Below are positions 1 to 11,482 of a stretch of 64,000 nt of DNA, in pieces. Both the position numbers and the translations under genes were made by a program. The notes under the pieces were generated by a model. The model did not search any database. It was given only the letters and a program-made list of their open reading frames with translations, and was not told the DNA's origin. Location: the NCBI GenBank assembly GCA_010909165.1, contig MU008159.1:2418001-2482000 (forward strand), read 5' to 3'. Origin of the DNA: Anthoceros angustus (lineage: Eukaryota > Plantae > Anthocerotophyta). The stretch's first letter is position 1; each line of letters starts with the position of its first letter.

Positions 1-399
1 ACTCGGCTACCGCCAACCACATCGCCACGCACACCATCGAACCATCTAGAACCCTAACTTTCAAGATTTAAACAAAGATGCACATAGGGTTATCACACTC
101 CAACACGCGCCAGCCGCCGGGGGCGGTCGGCGGTCCCACGATCACTGGCCGAGTGACCTCTTGCTCGCTTTGGCTGGTGTCCTCGGAGAAGGTCGCAATC
201 GGCTCCACTTTCCTTCATCTTGGTACGCCCACTACGATGCACTTCTTTCTTCACGCCGCTTAGTTCTCGATGTAGGTGGGTACACCTGCCTCCTCTCGCC
301 GCAAAACCATCGATCCGTCCTTGCAGCCCACACCGTGGTCCAACGCTCTCCTCGCCACCGCCATAAGACAACAAGAAGTCTCGATGGCGTCCTCGTGAC

Positions 400-1700
400 G
401 ACGTCAAGCACACACGCCGTGTCGGTTCTCTTTGTTTTGAGCCCCTGCCAACGCCCACCGCCTCGGGCTTTGCTTCGCCTTTTGCTCGGATAGCCTATAA
501 TCGCTCGTGAGTTTGCTATGAGAACCGCCTTGCTTATCAAGTGATTTATTGTGCGAAGTCTCGAGATAGTTGCACAAAACCCCTTCAGTCCAACTGCGAA
601 GTTCGTGCTTTGCTGTGTCGACAAACCGACCTTATTCCATTTGGTTGTTCCTTTCAAAGTCCACCATCTTCAAGAATAAGCAGGTCCTCGATAGTGTTTG
701 ATCCGGACGCTTTTGCATCGTTTAATCTTTTGTTGCCTTGCACCTAGATCACGACACAAAACACGCGGGCTATAGAGTGGTGTCTGCAGGTCCACCACAA
801 AACCACAACCGTAAGTCACCCCTTCACCTTTGAAGCTTGTATCACGCATGCGAGTTATGCATGCCTCCTTGTGTCGGGCTTGTTTGCGAACATGCACTTA
901 CCTTGTTGAGTTGAGACTGCGCACGATGGCTCACCGCCGTTCGCCAACATCTTGCTCGACAAGCGCTTATCTCGACCTTTCTGCGTCTTCGCAATCTTTG
1001 CCATCGCCGCCAACGTTCTCTGCTTTAATCTCGATTCAATCGCTAATCCGTCAATCTCGATGCATGAATAGGCATGCCAAACATGCGGTTTGAGCATCAT
1101 CGCGTTGTCGATCACGCCCAACTCACCGTTCCGCATGCATAAACCTTTCTTATCGGCGTCTACCCTTCTATTGTTGGTCACATCGCGTATCCGCGCTCTA
1201 AATAACATCTCACATTACCGAGTTAAAGCCGAAAGCGAGGCCTGCATGCATGGACTGCGCCTCTTGATATTCTCACCCACGGTCAAGTCCTTAAACATGT
1301 TTTACTTAACCGTTTTCTTATTGGTGGAGTATATCAATATCTTAAGGTGCACAAAACCGGTGGCGTAAGTCATATCGCTTTGTGTTGCCGTAGTATATTT
1401 TCATGCGGTGGTATGCATAGCATGCCGCAGCATGCAGCAACTGCAGCATGTAGCACTCCGTGATTTTCAAAAGTTCAAGTTTGAGCATTCTTTTGTGGCC
1501 GACCGATGCTTTTATTTGTAATGGCATCCGAGAATGAGAGCAACGATGAAATGGTCGACATCCAAGAAGGTAATGATCATTTCGCCACACCCAAATCCAT
1601 TTTAGGTTGATGAATCCATGGCTAAAATGATTTTCCGAGCGACACAATAGTAGACCCAACAAACCTTAACTGGCGATCAACAACAATGTTCCCACCCATG
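400..1700 (-). pseudogene. Degenerate, frameshifted transposase-like coding remnant (possibly Mutator/SWIM-type)
   Basis: Minus-strand fragments such as 'LFRARIRDVTNNRRV', 'FVVDLQTPL' and 'RSWTEGVLCNYLETSHNK' weakly recall MULE/SWIM-type transposases of bryophytes and ferns. No intact frame; boundaries approximate. Confidence 0.3.
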
Positions 1701-2041
1701 GGGATCCAGGATATGATGACAGTCAAGTTCAAATCCTCTCATTGAGATACGAAGATAGTTGAGAAAGGTAGTACATTACAATTATCTGAATTGAATCTCG
1801 TCAACATTTCTAACTCGATACTTGTTACAGTACTTACGGAGCACACTATGTTCACATCAATGGACAAAAGGACTTGCGCTCCTTTGCAGTGCACCCAAGG
1901 AAAAAATTAAAAAGGTAAAGACTTGGTTCGCAACTTTCTAGAACTATAGAACAAAATATAGGTCTCTCGCAACTTACTATGGTTGTATATGGTATATGAT
2001 ATTAAGAAGAATCTCAACAACCTCAATTAGAGTTGGAAACA

Positions 2042-3193
2042 ATGACTCTGGTCCGGAGGTTTAATGGACATCAGATCTCAATTCAGTCGATTTTGGAGGT
2101 AAACAACAAACACTCAGTATTATATGTATTTGTTTACATTAATAAGTACTAATGTATTTGTTTACAGAGTGCTGCTGAACAAGTAGCTGCAGCTAAGGAA
2201 ATTAAGGAAAAAATAGAAGCAATGGATGACAAAATCAACAACACAGTCATCTCTCATCAGGTAATTAGTATTGTATATTTGTAATTAGTAATTAGTATAT
2301 TTGTAACTAGTATTTGATTTACTAATTACTGTTTTTCCAAAGGACAAAAAGAGAAAAAAAGACGAGTCAGAAGATAATGCACCAACGTATGGACCATCAA
2401 AGGAATTTGTTGACTTTGGAAAATGGATGGATAACTTTCAGTATCCACAAGTCTTCGAAGATTTTAAAAAAAGATATGTTCCCATTTGGGAACATAGCCT
2501 CAAAGATCCAAAGACCAACTGCAATGAAGATGGGTCGACAACCCTAGAGCAAAGACATGGAGATCCAAAAAGTAAGTGTTATCGGTTTATATTGTTTATA
2601 GTTTATTTGAATCGCTTTATGTAGTACTAATGAATATTTGTGTTTTGGTAATGTAGAAATATCAGCCATTGAAAATAAGGAGCTAAAAACCCAGACTTGT
2701 TGACTCATGGAAGATCCGAAACTAAAAAACATTCAAAAGGTTAGTTCAGAATAATTTCAAGTAAACAAGGAAAATATAATATTGGTATTTAAAATATGCA
2801 AATTCTAACGTTGATCTTTGCGTAACGTCAATCACATTTCCGTAGTGTGGGAAATCTTCAGCCATTGCCTCACATTAGTGAGAAAGGTATTTACGAGCAA
2901 GATCTTCTTCGACTTGAAATGGAGGTAAAATATTAACTTTTTTTGTTTGTAGTTATCAAGAATCAAAAGGAGTTGTTTGCACTATTTGAGGTTAGTATAT
3001 CATATTTACAGCGGTTAAATCTGATATGTACGATGTCTGACATTTACCATTGTCTGCAGAAATATTCCCGTTTGGACGAAATTTTCGAAATGATTAACTA
3101 TCTATCTGGACCATATAATGAACAAAGGAAGAAGTATTATTCTGAAGACAGAGCAGACCCGAAATCGCCGGTGTACACCCCTTCAATGCCAGT
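2042..3193 (+). pseudogene. AT-rich multi-exon gene of unknown function, interrupted near its 3' end by the LTR retrotransposon
   Basis: GT-AG exons 2042-2098, 2168-2260 and 2343-2571 join in frame (MTLVRR...SAAEQVAAAKEIKEK...DKKRKKDES...). Later exons (2657-2739, ~2846-2924, ~2952-2990, 3060-) carry a stop and an indel. Removing the element rejoins ...PSMPV-EET-stop (ending at 20794). Confidence 0.55.
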
Positions 3194-6100
3194 TGTGGGC
3201 TATGCACTTCCCTGGGGAGTTAGGAAATAAGTAGGGTTTCTGTTTTTTTTTTAGGATTGAAGGATAAATAAGGCGGAAAAGGAGGAATAAATTGGGGTAG
3301 CGCCGGAGGCTCGAGTATACTCCGACTCGAGTGAACAACGGACCCCGCACCACTATGGCAAGCTCCGACCGAGTAACGGATAAGTCCGAACCCACCTGTG
3401 TCAAAATAGGATAAGTACGCCAGGAAAGTAACCTAGGAGCGGAGGCGTGAGGATGACGAGGCGGCGCCACGTGACGGCCCCGAGTGGAGGTCGGGCATGC
3501 AGAGTCAGACCGTAACCTGCGAGGCCGCAGGCAGTATTCACGCCGCTGGCGCGCGGGCGTAAGGCCGCAGTAAGCGAAGCGTAGGGTCGAGGGCATGACA
3601 ACGAAGAGGCGCCTTCCGCCAGCACTTTCCACAAGCGGCCAAGAGGGAGGTCATGGCCGCGCAGCCTAACCCTCACAGCCCCTTGCGCCCGCAATCCGCT
3701 CGCGCCTTTTTGGGCGCCTTTAGAGCGTGGCGCACCGCTGGTTGGAGCAACAACGCGGGCGAAGGAGGAACATCGCGCGCCGACTCGCCAGCAGCAATAA
3801 GAGAGGAGGAGAAAGCAATGGCACCCAAAAGCCGACGGAAGTCTGGGAGCCATGGACCGTGGAGCGCAACATTGTGACCCGCGCTATCCGGACTTCGGGC
3901 CCCGAGGAGGAAGCGGAATTGGTGCAGAGTGGCATCCGGACGTGTTCCAAATGGTCTCGACCTTTGACAACGCTACCTAGTCCGGAGTTTGCCCGAAGAT
4001 GCAAGGGCGATCAACAAGGAGGTCCGATCCAAGAACCTCCGGAGGACTCGAGGCGATGGACCTTGAGGTCCCGAGGATGGCCTACAACCGCCTCAAGGAG
4101 GAAGAAGGGGGTGCCGAGCCCCTTAAGGCGGAAGATAGGGCCGCCACGGGCGGCGTCGAGGCTCGAACGCAGCGACAACCAACGGATGGTTGATATCCGA
4201 TCCGCCGGATACGAGTAAGGCGGTAGCCCGGATCATTGTCCATTGAACTCGCCACCAAGGTGGATCACCTTGGTGATAACTCGCTGGTATTCTCGCATGC
4301 GCCCAATGGGAAGAGAGCGGACTGGGAAGGATTATCTTCGCCCGGTCGCCAGAGGCACGCAAGCTAAGGAGCGAGAAGCCTCGCTTATCGGGCCGACCCC
4401 ATACCGATTCATGTATGGGGACATTTCGAGCCTCAAGGAGGGAGAGCTTGAGCGGCGCCCAAGGGGCCGGAGGCCCCGCTGTAAGTAGAGCGTGCAAGGG
4501 CGCCTGAGGTGGGGGTCGCCCTTCAAGACCAAGCGGACTCGGAGGAGGACGATCGAGGATTCCTGACTCACGCCCTGAGCGAACCCCTCACCACCTGTGG
4601 AAGTTTGGGAGGCGATTCCCCTTCCTCCTTTTGGTGCCCTCCGAGCACCGACAGTGAGGGAGCCGATGCCGGAGGGCGCTGGCGGCCCGCACCGGCTGCA
4701 AAAGCCCAACAACCACGACGGCCGCCGAGCCCCGACGAACTCAACGGAGCCAAGAGCGGAAGACGTGCCGCTTACCAACGCAAAGACCTCAAGGTGCCGG
4801 ACTTACCCCGCCACCTGAGTGGCAAGAGGTCAAGAGGCGTAAGGAGGCGTAAAGGGACGTGGCAAGGAGGAGGTCAGCAGCCCCACCTCGAGCCGGCCTG
4901 CCCCGGCTGTGAAGGGGCAAAAGAGCTTGCTCCCGACCCCTCACCTCCTCCGAGCCCTGTGGAGAAAGAGGGCACAAAGGAGTTAGAGGCCAAGAGGGCC
5001 AAGAGGGTGAGACTGACCACCACTGTGACCCGAGGGTCCCGATTAGGTCCGAGAACCCACCGACTTACTCCGGCATGGGTATGGAGGTCCTGGATCGAGA
5101 AATGCCGGCCCCACTACGGACTTTGTGGGGGCCTCACGGCCGTGGAAGAAACACGAGTCGCTACCGCCATGGACGGAATGCTTTGGGGTCTCGTGGTACA
5201 GGAGAAGACCTGTGAAGTGGAGGCCACCCGAGGAGGATGGTGGAACCCAAGAGCAAGGCGGCCGAGGGGCAAAGGAAAGGCGGAGTCCCTCGCCGATCGA
5301 GGAAGGGAAACGCCGGTGGCGGAGCGCGAGGCCCGGTTCACAGATCAAGGTTCTTCACCAGGCGAACACAAGCAAGCCTGGAGGCCCAAGCGGCGGAGGA
5401 CCTTGCTGCGAAGAGGGAAGCGCAGAGGCGGAAGAGGCCCGGCACAAGCAGAGAGCTCGGGACGCGGAGGCGGCCCGGCCAGAGCCAAGTGGGCGAGGCC
5501 TGTAAAGGCGGCGAGCGGAAGTCAAGGCAAGAGCGACCGGATCACTGCTGACGGATCGAACCGGTGGAAAGAGTCAAGAAAGACAGGAGATTCCAGTACC
5601 GGGCAGGCATGGGAAAGAAAAAGGAGCTACAACCCAAGATGCGCTGGAGCAGCAGTGATTCTCAACGAGAGAATCCACCGAGCACGAAAGAGTGCAGCCC
5701 AGCCCGGCCTCAAGACGGAGGAAAATCGCGACTATCCAAGGAGTTGGACGCTGCTGTGCTGCAAAGGAGCCGGAGGAAGTCCGAGCCTGACGGAGGTATC
5801 CGACCGCCTGAGAGGGAGTCATGGAGCTAAAGGCCGAATGAACGGAGGAGCGCGAGCACCGAAGCGTAAAAGAAGCCGGTCCACCGAAAAGGCGGAAGGG
5901 AACGCCGCGCTATGGCGGGTAAGCTGGAAAGGAAACGACGGAGCCGAGTGGAAAGGGAGCAATGTGCAGGAGGTGACCGAGGCCGCCTTGTAGCCTCGCG
6001 TGATACCCGCCCACCACAACTGGGCAGAGAGGTGGCCCAACAAGCCGGCAAAAGACGCCCCCCCTAACACTTATGGCGGAGGGAGTATCGGTGCCCGCAC

Positions 6101-7472
6101 ACGGAAGAGGCACCAACAAGTCGATCTGACTTTGCCTATTACCACGCTCCGTGAAGCCTCGACTCACAAACGACGGACCGGAAGGCTCAAGGAGATGAAG
6201 GCCACGGACAGGACCCTAGTGGCCCCTGCTTGAGATGACGGAGCGAGAGGAGCAACCGGAGGAGCAGTAACGAGGGAGCGCGATGCGATCGAGGTAAGCA
6301 CCCCGCACCTCACCATGGAAGGAGGGGCCAACGAAGGAGCCACGGCGATCGGGAACATGGAGGACTTCGAGGAGAGCCACGGAGGAGTCCCGTGAGGGAG
6401 GAAACCCGGTGGAGTCCGACTTTGTCCGGACCCCAGAGGGAGGCAAGTCCGGACTCAAGTCCGGACCACAAGTCCGACCAAGTCCGGACTGAACCGGACC
6501 GAGGTCCGAAGACAAGGTCGACCACCGCCGGACCTGTGTTAAGCCGACTCAAGTTCGTGGAGTCGAGACAGACTCGAGGACCGGGTCAAGGCAAGAAGGA
6601 GGAGCCCCTTCGACTTACGCTTAGGGGAGCCGATAGGGCCCCACCGGCCAAGGACCTGTGGAGGCCGGAGGATGACGTTGCGGCGGTTGTCGACCGCCAG
6701 AGCCCAACCCGATGTGATTCCGGGAGAGAGGGGCCTCACGGATCATCCGATTGCGCACCACAACGCTGTGACGGGGATTGACCACCCATTCCGAGGGGGC
6801 TCAGACCTTCCCACACAACAAGGAGAGGGGGAGAATAGGTAGGCGTCGATTAGGTATACCGAAATGCTATCACCGTAATAGGGGTGTAATAAAGACGCCT
6901 TGGGCGCAGATAAGAGGGCCGCCCTAGTAAAGCATCATCTTGGTGTTGATGCCGCTGCCTGCACCTTTGTGAGTCTTCTTGCTAACGTGAGTCCCGAGTC
7001 ACCAGCACGGCTACCCGGGAGATTGATCAAGGTCCCGTGACTTAACGCGCTGTGGTGTGCGTGGAAGGGTGACCGTGATCCGTCGAGCCGCGTCCGACAC
7101 CGAACGGACGAACGTGTGAGCCGAGGAACTCCGGAGGGTGTAGAGCCCGGACGAGAGCCCGGAACGAGAGGAGGTCCGGATCACAGAACTGCTTTTCTAA
7201 GATCAAGAGTGTAGCGTGAGAGGAGAGAGAGAAAGGATGGATGCGTGAGGATGCGTGAACGATACGGACGCGAACGGGTCTAAACGCTTGGCCATACCGG
7301 CTCGACGGTGAACGCCAGAGTAGTTAGAGTATGTGTGTGTGAGACCGAACGAGCGCTAAGGACGTAAGAATCACCAAACGCGTAAACGGGCCTATCATTC
7401 CCTTTGGGAACGGACTTCTTCCTACAACGACACGGATTGCGGCGCCGGCCGCCAAAGAAAAGTCCCGCCACA
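3194..7472 (+). repeat. 5' LTR (~4.3 kb)
   Basis: Starts TGTGGGCTATGCAC (repeated at 11483) and ends AAAAGTCCCGCCACA (repeated at 20776). AATAAA and a TATA-like box near 6888-6915. Confidence 0.9.
3818..6400 (+). pseudogene. Long frameshifted ORF inside the LTR (U3); unknown protein with acidic/Pro-rich linker and charged coiled-coil-like C-terminal half
   Basis: ATG at 3818 (MAPKS). Purine-rich coding-like composition and a 494-codon open stretch (4509-5993). Peptides RMAYNRL, TKVDHLGDN, YRFMYGDISSL, LEDQADSEE, ELEAKRAKRVRL, TEENRDYPRSWTLL and HLWRREYRVLG can be read from the LTR copies. 3' end approximate. Confidence 0.6.
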
Positions 7473-7475
7473 TTT

Positions 7476-7490
7476 TGGCGCTGCCGGGAA
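7476..7490 (+). promoter_or_regulatory. Primer binding site, tRNA-Asp-like
   Basis: TGGCGCTGCCGGGAA lies 3 nt after the LTR end and resembles TGGCGCCGTTGCCGGGGA, the complement of the plant tRNA-Asp 3' end used by Athila-type elements. Confidence 0.7.
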
Positions 7491-10400
7491 TGAAATCGGT
7501 CCGTGGTGCCGCAGTGCGCCCTTAGGAAGAGAAGGTGAATGCGTGGCGGTCGAGCGACGGTCAAGAGTGAACCGCCGGAGGAGGACGTGGTCACTGCTCT
7601 CCGAGCCGTGGAGAGGAGAGACGCCAAACCCAACGAGAGAGCACCGATCGAGGAGGGAGAACGTGGTCGAATTGTCGACCAAGACGAGTACGGGTACAAG
7701 GGACGCCAACGGAAGAAGGTAGGATGCCCCACGCCTAACCCATCGATGGCGCAGCCCATGGCCCCTACCGACCAAACAAGCGCATCTATATTCGGAGGGA
7801 AGAAGGAGCGGATGCGAGACCTTTGTGGAGGACTGTCCAAAGCCAACTTCAACGGAGAGGGAGTCGACGCGCAGCCTCATCCAGCCAAGGGGTTCTCCGA
7901 GGACACCGCTCAATGGTATCGGAGAAAGTACCGACCACCGGAGAATGCCCCACCCGCCTCGCTTGAAGCTTTGAAAATGCCTTCTTAGAACGGTTTCGAG
8001 GGATCACCGTGAGGTATGTATATCAAAGTTGCTGGTCACATCGAGCGTTTCTATGCCCCGAGGATCGAGATCCAACCCATACCACGATGCAAGCGACGGG
8101 TTCGGTTCGGCCTAGCCAAACCATGTGCACGCCCCGCCGCCGAGAAGGACGTGGCAAGGTCGAGGCCGAAAACTACGAGGAATCGCTACATCGAGGAGGA
8201 TAAAGAAATCCAAGGAGGCAAGAAGAAGAAGAAGAAACGGGTTCGACTGAGGAGGAAGAGTCTTGTGAGGAGGAGGAAGACCAATCGGAGGTGTCTTCGA
8301 GGAGGAGCAGTCCAAGAAGAGACGGAGGTCTCTAGCGAGGAAGAGTATCCCGCAAGAAGAAGAGCAAGAAGGCCCGCCAAAAAGAAGCTGGTAAGAAGGA
8401 GGTGGTGACACCAAGACCGTCCGAGAAGCTCCACCGGACCCGACCCCTCAAAGGAGGTAGCAGTCCGGGAGGACCGGAAAAAGTGATAAAGAGAGTAGAG
8501 GACCCGCGATAAACTGTGTTAAGGACCGAGGGCGGAAAACACCGACCACGGCGAACGATCGTGTGCCGGTGCCAAGAACACGGCCATTCGAAGTCCAACC
8601 GCCTCAAGGCCGGTGCATCAAGGACTACGAATACGAGGAGGAGGCCGAGGAGCAATGGGAAGAGGCCTCAGTGGGAAGCCCTCCGGGCCGCGATATCCCA
8701 AAACCATGTATCCGCCAACCGGAGGTCCGTCAATACAACGAGCCCCACCGATGCAAAGACCGCATGGGAGCCCTTCGTATCCTCCGACGGCCGCGGGTCT
8801 GCTGGAACCGGGAATCTCGCCATTACTCCAACGCGTCCGCACTCAACGAGGCAGGTAATGGGGACTTCGAGCCGTGGTGGCGATCGCAAGGCCGGGCATA
8901 TGACAAGACGCTATGTCCCAACCCCGCACAAGGACGGTACGATATGCCACACCAAGCGGAGAACCCCGACCACCAACGCCACCTCCTAAGATCTACTGCA
9001 CGGCAAGTCAAGATGCTCTGGGCCATGGAGTGGGAAGAGATTCCCAGGTACGCGAGATGGAAAGAACAAGAAGGGGTGGGGGTGTCAAAGGAAGGGAGTC
9101 ATGGAAATCTTGAGGTGTCTACTGAGTCAAGGAAGGAGCGACGAGAAAGGCGCCATTGAAGAAGAACAAGATCGAGGAAGCGCCGACGCCGAGGAAGGCA
9201 ATCAAACCAAATACCAGCAGAGGATCCGACCGATGAAGGAGGGCCGGGACGGCAGCCGGAGGACTCAAGGAAGTTCTCCGACAGATGGGAGAAGGGAACG
9301 GTGCCTCCCGCGACGGCCGACGTTAGCTTCCACGGACGTAGTCCGGAGGTGACCGAGATGTTGCAGAGGAAATGCGCAAGCATCCGGAGAATACCGTAAC
9401 AAAGTGACCCGGGAGAGGATGAGGACGCAGCAGGATCCTCGATTGGGGTAGAAGCCTCCCTTTAATGTGGCGGACCGATGATGAATCGCAGCACCTTGTG
9501 TCCTTTCGACACCGAGGATAACCCAACCGGCAAGAGGTCCGTCGGGCCGTTAGGGGAAACCCACCGTGAGCACCAAAGCCGTGAAGGGTAGCAGGGAAGT
9601 GAGGGTGGTGTCCCATACGACCTGTGGGCCAGGTACAAGTGGAGATTGGATGTATCATCAAGGATGTACTGCTGGACACGGGTCCGAGTCAACCTCATCA
9701 TCAAGCCACGGCACGAAAATTGGGCTTCACATCCTTCAACCTCAACGAAGACTCGAGAATGGCGTATATGTCAAGAAGAGATCCGCGGGAGTTAACCGAG
9801 TCTTGGCCACCATAGCCGCACCCTACAAACCGGATTTTGTTGTGATCAAACCGCCGACCATTAGGGTATGAGGTGTTGGGCGGCCATGGTTGGCCTGCAT
9901 AAGCTACACTTTGGAAGGAAGGAGATTCACTTCGGTGGACGGGACCCTAAGGTGCAGAAGGAGGGTTGCTATCACCGGAGCAAGGACACCTATTGTGGGA
10001 AACCGAGGAGCACTACCGAGGGTATACCTCAAATGGAGGACTAATCGGGCGACGAACAAGATAGTTCCGAGGAGGCGACTTTCGCCAAGATCCGCCGGGT
10101 CCGAGGAGGAGATGGACTACCGGATGCCTTTGGCGGAAGTGGTTGATTGAGTAAACGCCACAACGGGCCGGAGGAAGGAAGTGAAGAGGAGGTCGGACCA
10201 AAGACAAGGGGAGACAACAAGAGTCGGACCAAGGAAAAGCTGACATCAAGGAGTAACACGATTCACCTCCGACGAGCTCTTCAGAATGGGGATGCGAGAG
10301 GACGATCCCCGAGGAGGACGAGGGGTTTGGACGCATGAGGCAAAGACGGAACGGGAGACGGTGAACCCGGACGACGTGGAAGAAGTGGAGGTCCGCCAGC

Positions 10401-11450
10401 AAATTCTCAAGTTTAAGAAAGGCATGCCTCCGACCAAGGAAGGACTAAAGCTGGGGAGTTTTATGAGGTGTTCGCTCAAGGTCACGACATGAAGGGCATT
10501 CAAGAAGTGGGAGAGCATAAGATCGATTTGAAGCCGTGAGCGTGCCAGAATCCAATACAAGCTCAACCCCAAGTATTCGATCAAGGTGAAGGAGGTCCTT
10601 GATAAGTACCGGAGACATCATTTTCCCCATCGTCAGCAGTGTGGGTCGCGATGTGGTGGTTCCCAAGAAAGCAGCCAGGACAAATTCGGGTATGCCAAGA
10701 TTGGAGGAAGCTCAAGCGGAGAAGGACCACTTCCGATGCCATTCGTGACGACATTTTGGACAAGGTGGCCAGACGGACTACTTACGGATGGGTAGGCTTG
10801 GGACAAACGGACTCCTAAATACGTGCCAAATTTGCCGAGAGAACCTCATAACCCACGGATGTCATGATTGGTAAGTGATAGAGGACCCATTTCCTTAATG
10901 ATGTGGTGGCGCCATGGAGATATTTCGGCATCAATCATCGCAAGACGGCACCCTACAATCCTAAGGCCAATGGGGTGAGAGAAGACAAATGGGCTCATCT
11001 GGGATTGAATAAACTCACAGGAACTCGCCCATGGGGCAAGCGCCATCCACTTGGTGGGCGTGAGAGAGGTGACCACAGCGGACCCCGCTTCTTGACCTCG
11101 GACACTCTCCGTAATGCTGGAGTTTGAAGTGCCCACTTTTAGGTAATGATGGAAGGAGCGGAGAGGAAAAGCTCGGCGACTCTTGGGGTTTGTCGGCTAC
11201 GAGGGAGGGAAGAAGCTCGGTGAGATGCGGATTGGTGCAAAACCGGTGAAGATTTGTACGATCATGGCGAATCGGGAGTATGTAAAGGAAGGGGACTGGC
11301 CCTCCTTATGATGGTAAATCGCATGCATTTTCAGGCAAACTTCACGAGATGGATGGGTCCACAAGTGGTGCAAGTATATATGACAGATTAGTCCATTCTG
11401 ACTAGATGGAGGTGCCCTCGGGTAAGGTGGCGGTGAAGAAGTATCATGCT
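7490..11450 (+). pseudogene. gag-pol remnant: gag, Zn knuckles, aspartic protease, RT N-terminus, partial integrase
   Basis: Gag-like 'AQWYRR...ALKNAFLERF'; CCHC-like 'CRCQEHGH' (~8563); protease 'KDVLLDTG' (~9660); RT start 'LNPKYSIKVKEVLDKY...VVPKK...KDHFPMPF...ILDKVA' (10560-10770); integrase 'IVSDRGP...FGINHRKTAPYNPKANG' (10860-10975). Many frameshifts; RT core and RNase H absent. Confidence 0.85.
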
Positions 11451-11482
11451 TAGTGTTGGCGGAGGCATGTGATGAGAAAGAG

